A stretch of 64,000 bases of DNA. It comes from Tricharina praecox (Eukaryota). This document shows, in pieces, positions 1 to 10,303 of this stretch; position 1 is the first letter of the stretch, and each line of letters opens with the position of its first letter. Position numbers and translations under genes: made by a program. The stretch spans positions 2,728,001 through 2,792,000 of the forward strand of contig NW_026250403.1 in assembly GCF_024521635.1 (NCBI RefSeq). The letters run 5' to 3'. The notes under the pieces were generated by a model that saw nothing but the letters and a program-made list of their open reading frames with translations, did not search any database and was not told the DNA's origin.

Positions 1-41
1 CCAGACGAATTGATCATACCCAACATTCAACCCACAGGACC

Positions 42-884
42 CTACTTCCTCCCCGAGCCCTCATGTGCAACCGGATACGGCGGTGCAGGGCACAGATCCT
101 CACGCGTGTACGGTGGAAGTGATCTTATACTCCTCCTGCCATCGCCATCCTCCTGCTCCGCCGTCCTCCGCGCCGTCCCCTCCGGCCTCGCCACAGTCCG
201 GTCGCCTTCATCCTCCGCAACATGAATAATCGTCTCCCCAGTGATCACATCGGTCCTCAGCGGCCCCAAATCCACACCTGGGGGCAATTTCTCCTCTTCA
301 CCACGCTTCGACCACCGCCGTCGATACCGCCTTAGATTATCGCGGTTGAATGTAAGCAGCAACACTAGCCACATGACGACCGCCGCCACGACAACAAAAA
401 CGATGTAGGGCGTTTTGTCCCTGGGCGCGGGGCTGGCGAGGAGCGAGGGGGTGGGTGTGGAGGTGGCTTGCCGTGAGGGAATGTATCCTGCTGTCGGCCG
501 GAATGATGGCAAGGAGCTGCGTGGCCGTGTTGGTTGGTGGAATGGCAGGAAGCTGCCTGGCTCGGCTGGCCAGTGAGGCACGTAGTCGCTTAGCTGTCGG
601 AATCGCAAGAAGTCGCTTGGATGCGCGGTCTGGGTGGGGCGGGAGTAGGAGGTGTTGAGGCTGGATTTTGCCTGCATGGGCGAGCGGAGGGTTGTGTTTT
701 CTGGCTGCCAGTCGAAGTCGGGATAATCTGACGGTTGCGTAATGATGTTCTCCATGCTGTCGACAAATCGAAGGAAGCCTTTGTGGATAGTATTTGATGG
801 CCCGAATGGGGATTTGAAGAATGAAGGCTGTGTTGGTAGGTGGAAGGGCAGATCCTTAAAGGGCATTGAAGCTCTTATAGTCAT
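42..884 (-). CDS. Hypothetical single-pass membrane protein with a C-terminal PY-type motif
   Basis: 280-aa ATG ORF. A Pro/Ser/Thr-rich N-terminus precedes one hydrophobic helix (YIVFVVVAAVVMWLVLLLTF) and a basic cluster (RRYRRRWSKR). The tail has LPPY and APPY. The true start and any introns are uncertain. Confidence 0.6.
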   Translation of the reverse strand: MTIRASMPFKDLPFHLPTQPSFFKSPFGPSNTIHKGFLRFVDSMENIITQPSDYPDFDWQPENTTLRSPMQAKSSLNTSYSRPTQTAHPSDFLRFRQLSDYVPHWPAEPGSFLPFHQPTRPRSSLPSFRPTAGYIPSRQATSTPTPSLLASPAPRDKTPYIVFVVVAAVVMWLVLLLTFNRDNLRRYRRRWSKRGEEEKLPPGVDLGPLRTDVITGETIIHVAEDEGDRTVARPEGTARRTAEQEDGDGRRSIRSLPPYTREDLCPAPPYPVAHEGSGRK

Positions 885-2810
885 ACGAATTTGGGTTCGA
901 GTTTAACTTCGGAAAGCCTTTGCTGCGGATAAAGTTTGAGTTCAAGACCGAAGCGGGGTATAGATGGCCGAAGGAACTGGGTCTGGTAACGGAACACATG
1001 ACAAAACTCCGCACGTGCTGCTGGTGGAATATCGTGAGTTTATATCCTAGATGAGGTCATTTCTCATGGCTGTTGGCTGCTGTCGTGGGAATCCGCAGAG
1101 GAGAACAAAGTTTCCGGGCCACTCCCGGAAGACTCACGCTATTGCGGCCGGCATCCAAGGGGAAACACCGCGGGTTTCGAACGGATTATTAGCCGGCCAA
1201 TCTTGGTAACTGGTGGCTTAACATGATAGCGGGTACTATCAAGTTCGAGCCTCAGGGCCTACATCCAGACTCGTAACGGCAGCTATATAGCGGCTGTCTT
1301 GCGAACCCACAAGGTGCATACATATAAGCAGAAGTTACCACCGGTTCGCAAAAGTCAGCTGGGAAGTTGTAGCGGCAGATTACTGCCCGTCGTCCGAAGC
1401 GATACTTAGGCAGGCGTTGAGAGGAGTGTACTGAGTTTGGATCCTGAACTCTGAGGGATGGCGATGGCAGTCAAGAGGCTGCCACTGGATCTCACACGCA
1501 GAGCAGGATTAGGTATGCGCTTGACTGCCAGCTCGAGGGCATCTGACTACTTGCCGTTGAATCCATAGGCAGGCAGCAAAGACAGTATTGAGCTCGAAGT
1601 ATGATCGAAGTTACAGTTCACCTAAGGACTCACAAGCATGAATACTCAGCCATCAGTGACCGGATGGTTTATATATGAGTCAATGAATCTCGAGTTCCAA
1701 ACGGCCGATGATGGTGCAGCTACCCATAACCGGTTCCAATGACTCTGAAGCACATGAACTGCGATAACAATCGCGGCGCATATGTAGTGAACACAATGGT
1801 TTTGGCAGCAAATATAGTAGGGTTGGGTTTTCTTACTGGGTAGTAGAGCACAATCTAGCCCTGAGCCCTAATCTTCGGTCAGTACACGCGTCGTGAAGAA
1901 AAAGAAAAAGCCGTCTCCATTACTGCAGATAACATTAAAATAAAATAAAAACCTGCGATTGGCTTACTAAACTTTCTGCTCGCGGTACAAGGGTTCTCAT
2001 ACATTTTATCTGGGTCGCGCGTGTGAACTGGAACGCGACGGATGGAACAGAGCAGAGGAGATGCAGCATTTTCGAGGGGGCGTTTGAGGTTTCTATTCTT
2101 TTAAAGGGAGATCCGCGAGACAGAGAACATTGCCTGCTGTTGCACAGTAGAATAAGATAGAGAGTACGATAGGGAATATTGGAAGCACAAGTAGAGAGAA
2201 CAGATATATACTTCCTAGATACATACATTGCCTTGCCTGATTCCTTCGATCGTCCACATCTGCTATCTTCGCTCTCAGCCTCATCACCATTTTTCTTGTG
2301 GGCTGCTCAGACAGCACAACGCAACCACCCAAACCCATCCCATCAACCAACCCCCATTACCACAACCCCCCAGCAACAACACCAAAACAACCCGCGACTA
2401 CCAAAGTTCGCTCTTCCTTGTTGTTGGCTATCCCCCGACCCCGACCCCGACTCCTTCTCATTCTCATTCTCATCCCCATCGTCACCCACACCAACACATC
2501 CCTCACGGTCGCGACAACGACAACTGCTACTGCTAAACCCACCCTTCCCTTCCCTTCCTTCGCTCTTTACTTTCCCTTCCCCTCGCGCCCCTACGTCACG
2601 TCAACCCTCCTCCAGTACCGACAACCAATCACCGCCACCTCCTCCTCCGCCGATTACTACCGCTACTTCCCATCACCACGCTCGTTTGCTCGACACGTGC
2701 CGAGTATAAAGGCATCCGTGTGATCGGCTAACGCGCGCGCGCGCTGTCAAAGGAGACTCCACAACCGGGGCGATACCATCGCGAGGACAAACGACCCAGC
2801 CTTGCTATCG

Positions 2811-5800
2811 ATGTCGAAGCGCTCAGCCGAGATACAGATTACCAAAGAACAGATGCAGAACGGATCCTATAACTTCTCTGCAGGAGGAGGTGGCGGCCCG
2901 GATGATTCCATGGATCCGTCGAAGGCTGCTGCTCCCGATGTCATGTCCGGTAGAAAGTAAGTAGGAAAAAAAGAAAGAAAACACAAGCTGTCCCTTCCGA
3001 CATAGCCTTTTCCCTTCTTTTTGCTTTACCCCTCTTCTTTATGCCGCGGGTCTTTGACACATCCGGCACACCATTCCTCATAACTTCTAAAAAATCGCAG
3101 AAAAGCTGACCATGCAACCTGTGCGTAGGATAGCACCGCTGAAACGTCGAGCTGGAGCGGGACGGGGCGCCGGCGCGCGTAGTACTGGAGGTGGTGCGAG
3201 TTTGCCTAATGTCTTCGCCGGTGCGGTCGGTCAGGGTTTCTCCTTTGGAAATGGCGCTGCCGCATCGCCGTCACCAGCTCCAACGTTCGGTGGTGGCTTC
3301 GGTGGTGCTCCCGCACCTGCGCCTTCGACTTCGTTTGGAAACGGCACCAGCAGTGGGTTTTCGTTCGGACAGGAGCAGCCAAAGCCGTTCGCTAGCTTGG
3401 CTCCCGCTGCTCCCGCTGCTCCTTCTGCTCCGACAAACGGGACATCTGGAGGCCTCTTTGGAGGTGGCTCTTTCGGTGCTTCGAGTGCCGCACCGGCGAC
3501 CAATGGGATGTTCGGAAATGCGAATGGTACCACCAACCCCACTACCGCTTCATCGACACCTAGCTTTGGTGGGTTCGGAGCGACAGCAAACAACGACAAG
3601 CCAGCATCATCCATAGGATTCACCTTTGGTGGCGCAAACTCAAGCGCTGCGCCAGCTGCACCGGCCAGCAATTTCTTTGGAAACACCACGGGCGCGACAC
3701 CGTCGTTCACGTTTGGTGGGGCGCCTGCAGCCAAAGAAGCACCCAAGCCCGCGTCTACAGGGTTTGTATTTAATCAGCCGGCGGCGGCGTCGACTGAACC
3801 TGCTGCCCCCAAAACTACGACACCTTCCTTCAACTTCAACAACTCATCGTTCGGAGGTGCACCCACAAATTCTAACCCGTTCGGTGGTGCTGCACCTACG
3901 ACATCTACATCGTTTGGTGCTGCGCCCACGACGTCTACGTCTTTCGGTGCCGCGCCTACGACTTCCACTTCATTCGGGTCAGCTGCAACGGAAACCAAGC
4001 CATCTGGGTTCGTTTTTGGAGCGAAAGCACCCGAGCCATCTTCAACATCTTTGTTCGGCAAACCACCTGCTGCTGCGCCTGCTCAGGCGACAGGTGGATT
4101 CACCTTCCAACAGCCGGTAAAGGAAACGCCAGCAGCCAACACGTCGCTTTTCCAAAACAACAAGCCTGCAGAGCCCAGCAAGCCGCGCTTCGGATATGTG
4201 GGGAATGATGATACGAAGCCCATGCTCAGTGCAAAAGATGAGGCGGTTAAGCCGACACCACTGTTCGGATTTGTTGACAATGTAGCGAAGAAGGATGAGC
4301 CACCGAAGATAATGTTTGGCGCACCGGCCACTGAGAAGAAGGAAGCCCCCATGTTCGGGTCGGCACCACCAGCAACAGAAAAGAAGGAGGAGCCGAAGTC
4401 ATTCTTTGGAGCCGCAGCGCCAGCGCCAGCGACTGGAGGGTTTACTTTCAAGCCGGCCGAGAAGCCTGGGATGTTTGGCTCCAAGCCAGCAGATGCACCG
4501 GCTTCATCGTTCGGCGCATTCGGCTCCAAGCCAGCAGATGCGCCGGCTCCGTCGTTCGGTGCGTTCGGCTCCAAGCCAGCAGATGCACTGGCTCCGTCGT
4601 TCGGCGCGTTCGGTGCTACCACCAAGCCCGCCTCCCCGCCGTCCACTGTCCTTGTTCCCGCTGCTCCGTCCGTGTTCTCGGTTCCCGCCGCATCTTCCTC
4701 GAATGCACTTTCTACTGCCCGGATGCGCTCGCCGCCTCTGCCAGCGGAATCCCAAAAGTGGTCGGCCAACCAATTGACGGATTACTACAACATGTTTGCT
4801 CTACAATCGCTGAATCATTTCTTCAAGGAAGAATTGTCCAAGCAGGAAATATTTGCTGATCTTACGCCTCTTTGTGACGCTTATACGGCCGAAGTAAAGA
4901 ATATCAAGGAACTGATTTCAACCAACCAGAGGTACAAGTTTAGTGAGTCGCCGCTCGGCAACGGTGTGCCTGGCAAGCGAGCCTGTGAAGACAACGATGC
5001 CGGGGGAGGAAAGCGAAGAGCCCTCGGTGAAGGTAATTAGGACTCTCTACTCATTTTACACCCTTCGTGTTTTGTTGCACCTGTGCTTGTCCGCGCGCGG
5101 GTTTGGTTGGAACGTGTGAAGGAGGTGGGTATTCTAGCTGGTAGGGTTTCTCTGCGATGGACGATCCGAAGGGCTCGGTATCCTGCTGCTGTTACACTAC
5201 CGCTATTATATCCCCTCCGACACTGAAGCTTTTGACGGTCGACGACGGTCGGTGATAATCCTCATGATTCAACGTTACCAAATGTTCCCACCCGCGCGCG
5301 TGCATTCGCATCACATCACCTGTCCCATTCATCCGTCCCCCACGATTTGCGATTCGGTCACGACATGAACCTTTTCAGTATCTAATGATGCTTTCTCCTT
5401 ATGCATAGAACCCAAAGTTACTTTTGCTCCATCGAAATCGACTACATCGCAAACTCTGTCATCTGTACTTGGTGGAGGATCTGCGAACGAGCCGTCGAAG
5501 TCCACAGAGAAGGTGTCGCCTGGTAAAACTCCTCCACTGGCTGCGTTAATACTAGTCTGTTGCTAACGGGCATCTACATCGAAGCGAGCATTTTTGACAG
5601 TCATTCTTCCGCCCCGGCCACTTCGGCGTGGGTCAATCCATTCAAAAAGGCAGATACCTCCAACCTTCCAGACGACCCGGAGCCAGACTACGGTGATGCT
5701 GAGGAGGAGCCTAAACGCACTGGAGGCCTATTTGACCGTGCTTCTCCAACCAAGCAAGACAACCCTTTCAACCCCAGCACCAATCTGTTCTCTCCCGCAG

Positions 5801-6417
5801 GGGACAACACATGGTCTCCTGAGAAGGGGGTCAAGTTCTTTGCTCCTGCGCCTTCCGGTGGTCTCTTCGGTAACAGCAATGGCATTAGCAACAAGGGTGG
5901 TCTCTTTGGTGGAACCAACGGAACCTCCTCCTCTTCCGGATTCAGCTTTGGCGCTAAGCCCGTGAGCACTACTCCCGTAACTTCGGCTTCCGCGTCTGAG
6001 TCCGAGACTGGTGGTGCCGCCGACGACGGTGAGCCATCCGATGCTCATCCCACCAAGTCGGAGAAAGACCTTTCTCTTCAAGGCCCTGGAGAGGAAGATG
6101 AGGATCCGGTGTTCCAGCTGCCTCGGGCTATCATCTATGACTTGAACAGCAATCCAATCAAGACTGTGGGTGCCGGTGCACTGCGAGTGTTGAAGAACCG
6201 CGCCACTGGGAAGTCGCGTATCCTCGTCCGTTCGGACCTCGGCAAGGTTTTCCTCAACGTGGCGCTGAAGAAGGACATCAAGTACCAGCTACACCTGGGA
6301 AAATGTTTGAGGGTGCCTGAGTTCCGAGAGAATGGAAGCATCCAGCTGTTCGGTGCGAAGGTCAAGGCGGAGGACCTTCAGAAGCTGCTGCAGACCGTGG
6401 AAGAAGTAAAGGCCTAG
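2811..6417 (+). CDS. NUP2: Nucleoporin Nup2/Nup50/Nup61 family, 4 exons: 2811-2956, 3129-5032, 5409-5522, 5585-6417
   Basis: Exon 1 MSKRSAEIQITKE...GRK splices in frame to IAPLKRR, matching the Nup2/Nup50 importin-alpha-binding N-terminus. There are many FG/FxFG repeats, the Nup50/Nup2 conserved helix LQSLNHFFKEELSKQEIFADLTPLCDAY, and a C-terminal RanBD1-like domain (GPGEEDED...GAGALRVLKNRATGKSRILVRSD.GKVFLN). Donors GTAAGT, GTAATT and GTAAAA pair with acceptors TAG, TAG and AAG, and all phases join. Confidence 0.93.
4474..4608 (+). repeat. Coding tandem repeat in NUP2, 45 bp x3 (FGSKPADAPAxSFGA)
   Basis: Three near-identical 45-nt units. A 30-nt x3 repeat (FGAAPTTSTS) also lies at about 3880-3980. 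Confidence 0.9.
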
Positions 6418-6422
6418 ATGAC

Positions 6423-6467
6423 ATGAGTGGGATGAGTGGGATGAGCTGGATGAGCGGGATGAGCGGG
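6423..6467 (+). repeat. 9-bp tandem repeat (ATGAGYKGG) x5 just after the NUP2 stop
   Basis: atgagtggg atgagtggg atgagctgg atgagcggg atgagcggg. Confidence 0.9.
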
Positions 6468-7321
6468 GACAGCGTTTGATTGTGCATGAATGGGAATTGG
6501 AATGGGGCGATTGATTCGGGGCGACTATAAAAGGGTTTTGTGTATTATACTTTCTTCTTCACGCTCATCTTCCTTCCCCGCGGGAGTTGAGTGATTTCCA
6601 TTTCGTACTTTGTGTTTCGTTTTTCTTCCCTCTTCCCCCGTCTTTCCGCGTCACCTTTTTTTTACTTCTTGTTTTCTCTTCCGTCCAACTTCGTTTCACA
6701 TATTTTTGTGACTTTGTGCATGTTTTTCCCCCTTGCATTTACTGTCCCCTCCCTCTCCCTCCGCGTAGTAATTTTCCCTTTTCTTTCCTTATTTGTTTCT
6801 TTTTTTTTGCATGGAGGATGGATGGATGATGAACCGGCGGGGACGGGGATGGGGACGGGGGGAAGCAAAGATGCATCGTATCGTATCGTGTACTGGGGAG
6901 GACGAGACGGGACGAGACGGGGACGGGACGTGACGGGACGGGATGTTAACGTTTTTTTTCTTTCCTTCTCTTTTTTTCAATTTTCAGATGTGACGAGAGT
7001 GAGATGAGAAATGCTTACTTACTTTGTTCTGAAATGGGTTTTCCGAATATCTGGTTACGATGCTGAATGGGCGGGGGACGGTGGACGGTGGACGGTGGAC
7101 GGTGGAACAGTAGATTTTTGGGGGGGGGAACATGTGAGATGGATGGATGGTAGGGAGGCGGTGATGGGCGGTGATGGTAGGGAGGCGGTGATAGGGGAGT
7201 TTGAGTGCGCGAACAGGCCTTAGTTTTAGTTTTATAGGACAGGACAGGACAGGACGGTACTGGAATTCGAATATTTTAAGATATATGAGGCATCCTCTTG
7301 CCCGCCCAAGAAGTACATATC

Positions 7322-8046
7322 TACAGTGGCAAAAAGTGGGGTGCGATTGATGCCGAAGGTCTCCAGTAGTTTGTACTACCGCTCGAATTTAAATCCAGCA
7401 GTCTTGGAGAATACAGATTTACTCTAGTATTTTTTTTTTCTAAATTCGAAATTCTACAGTATTGAAAACTTATACGCAGTGTTGTAACGATACGCTTGCC
7501 AAAAAGCCGGAAGAACTACCGCAGTTCTTCTGAATGCATAATATTACGCACTGTTCAAAATACCAGAGACCTACCAGACACCTACCGTATTCGCACAATA
7601 ATGTAGTGCGGATAAAACGTTGCGCTGATCAAGTAGTTCCTATGTAGACTGTAATAAAACTACGACAAGAGTCCTACCAAAGAAATACCGTGGTGAGCTG
7701 AATGCACGGGTCACTGAATACCGTATGCACACGGTGGGAATCTTGTAGTTTCACGAATGCGTACCGATACTATGGGTAAGACGTGCTGTACGCATGCAAA
7801 CATTTATGAAATGTGTGGAGTGTAGGAAGTGCTGTAGGCCTACGGGATAAATACTGTACATGCGTAGAGGAAACTATGGATTGAGCTGGCTATCTATTAC
7901 AGTAGATTTGTCGAGTCCCTACGGAATCGAGAAGTATCAAGCAGTGCCAACACTGCGCAATATTTTACGCTGCTGTAGTTCAAAGTACATACCGAATTCC
8001 TCCAGTAGCCCTTTGGGAGTGCTTTAGCATCTCCCATAGTGTTGTA
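7322..8046. mobile_element. Degenerate foldback / MITE-like inverted-repeat element
   Basis: AT-richer non-coding block whose left half aligns colinearly to the reverse complement of its right half: 7349-7364 with 8016-8031, CGCAGTGTTG 7475-7484 with 7948-7957 (perfect), and 7657-7678 with 7733-7751. TA dinucleotides flank the candidate ends. Confidence 0.6.
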
Positions 8047-8341
8047 GTAAAGATCTGTGCAGGAATTGAAGAGAATATCAGATGAGTTGATAGAGAAGCT
8101 CCTGCTACTGACGACTGGTTGGGCAGAATCAGGTTCGAGTTTATAAACATCATCAAATAAATCACTTGTGCAAACCAAAAGAGAGTCCAACGATCATATT
8201 GAACCAATTATCTACAGCATCAAGTTCCTCCCCTCCTTCCTCCCACAACCTCCCTTTATACATCTATACACCTTTTCCCTCATCCACTCTAACTATGTAC
8301 TAACTACCCCACAACCTCATCATCCAGAGAGAGCGAACCGC

Positions 8342-10303
8342 TTACTTGCGGTAAGTCTTGTTGACAGTGGTAGGCGAGGCAGCAGCCGGGGCCGGGGCAG
8401 CAGGGGCAGCGTGGGCGCCTCCAGCAGGGGCAGCTCCGGTAGGCGCGGCACCAGCGACGGTGGAAGTGCAGTCCTCCTCAGCCTCCTCGACGGGGGAAGC
8501 CTCGTAGGCGGGCTTCTCCTCGACGGGGGAAGCGGCGGCGGGGGTTCCGTAAGAACCGGCGGGCTTGGGTGCGGGCTTGGCGGGCTCCTCAACCTCGGTC
8601 TCCTCCTCGACGGGCTTCTCCTCGACGGGAGAGGCGGCGGGGGCTCCGTAGGAACCGGCGGGCTTGGGGGAGGGCTTGGTGGGCTCCTCAACCTCGGTCT
8701 CCTCGGTCTCCTCCTCGACGGGCTTCTCCGCAACGGGGGCGGCGGGGGAGCCGTAAGAGCCGGTGGGCTTCACGGGCTTGGGGCCAGCGGCGGAAGGAGT
8801 GGCATATCCGTGGCCGGTGGGCTTGGCGGGGTGTCCGTGGGCGGGACCGGCAACCTCCTCCTCCTCATCGTCGGAACCCTCATCGTCAGAGTCCTCAGCG
8901 TCGGAGTGCTCAGCACCGGTGTGGTCGTGCTCGGTCTCCTCCTCGGTCTCGTGCTCGGGGACCTTGGCGGGGGCACCGTAGGAGCCGGTGGGCTTCACGG
9001 GCTTGGGGCCAGCGGCGGAAGGAGTGGCATATCCGTGGCCGGTGGGCTTGGCGGGGGTGCCGGGGGCAGGGCCGCCGTGGGCGGGCTTGCCGGTCTCCTC
9101 CTCGTGGTCGTGCTCCTCCTCATCGCCAGAGTGCTCGTGCTCCTCGGTCTCCTCGACGGGCTTTCCGGTGGCAGGGGTTCCGTAAGAGCCGGTGGGCTTG
9201 GGGACGGGCTTTCCGGCACCAGGGGCCGAAGGAGAGCCATGTCCGTGGCCAGGGGCAACGGGGGCACCGGTGGCCTCACCGCACGAAGCGGCCTCGGTCA
9301 TGGTCTTGGTCTCGGTCTTGGTGACGTAGACGGTCTTAGCGGCGGGGGCAGTGGCCTGACCACAAGCAGCGGACTCGGTCACGGTCTGGGCGGGCTTGGT
9401 GACGTAGACGGTCTGGGCGGGCTTGGTGACGGTCTGGGCGGGCTTGGTCACGTAGACGGTCTCCTTGGGGCCGGCAGCGGGGGCACCGTTGCTGGGGAAC
9501 TTGGAAGGGTTGCCGGCACCGTGGGCGGGACCAGCAGCGGGGTAACCCTTGTTGCCGGTGGGCTTCTCCTCCTCGGCATCCTCGTAGTCGGAACCCTCAT
9601 CGTCAGAGGTGGGGTAACCCTTGTGGGGGGCACCGGTGGCCTCGGGGGCGTCCTCGTAGACGTCCTCGTAGACGGTGGTGTAGGCATCCTCGTGAACGAT
9701 GGAGGTCTTGGGCTTAGCGACACCGGTGGGCTTGGGGCCCGGGGCGTTTCCTCCGTGAGGACCCTTTCCGTGGCCCTTGGGGTAGGCGGGGGCGCTAGGG
9801 GCACCGGTGGGAGCGTAGTCACCCTTGTGGTGAGTGATGGTCTGGTAGTTGGTAGCGGTGGTGATGATCTCGCTGTTGGTGTACGAGACGGTCTCGGTAC
9901 CAGTGACGTACGGCTCGCAAGGAACCTTGGTGGTCAAGGTGGCAACGTAGGTGGAGCTCATGACCTTGGTGTAGTCGGCATCCTCGCAGTCGGCACCCTC
10001 GCAGTAAGGAGCACCGGTTCCGACAGGGTACGCGGGCTTTCCGGCACCGGGAGCGGTGTAGTCGGGAGCGACGGGGGAGGCCTCAGGCTTTCCGTAAGCG
10101 GGAGCGGCGGCGGGGCTGGTGTAGGCCGGGGCAGGGGCAGCGACAGAGCTGGTGACAGCAGGGGCACTGGATAGAATGTCAGAATATGCTCTAAAGGAAC
10201 CAGATGGAAGAGCGGAAACTCACCCGTAGCCGTAATTGGGCAGGGCCGAGGCGAGACCGGCAAGGGCCACGGTCAAGGCAATCATGGAGACTCTGGCAGG
10301 CAT
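8342..10303 (-). CDS. Secreted repetitive Pro/Ala/Thr/Glu/His-rich protein, probably cell wall or extracellular (~634 aa; exons 10303-10224 and 10166-8342)
   Basis: ATG at 10303 gives a signal peptide (MPARVSMIALTVALAGLASA-LP). A 57-nt intron (GTGAGT...TTCTGAC...CCAG) joins in frame to the 539-aa ORF. Codon bias is strong and there are internal repeats. No GPI signal is visible (ends TTVNKTYRK). Confidence 0.9.

Noticed and set aside
2179..2723. Three overlapping + strand ORFs upstream of NUP2
   Set aside because: They have non-ATG starts in C-rich low-complexity sequence. An AUG-free leader/promoter, possibly with a UTR intron ending near 2752, explains them better.
5131..5146. Possible 3-nt microexon (TAG|CTG|GTAGGG) or snoRNA within NUP2 intron 2
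   Set aside because: There is no branch-site consensus before the TAG and no clean C/D or H/ACA box pair.
7318..8217. 9-bp direct repeat TATCTACAG as a Mutator-type TSD
   Set aside because: The sequences just inside the repeats are not inverted repeats of each other, and the foldback symmetry ends near 8046.
8168..10174. 668-aa Gly/Leu-rich ORF on the + strand
   Set aside because: It is the antisense shadow of the codon-biased secreted-protein gene. It has no ATG start, and the minus strand carries the signal peptide and intron.
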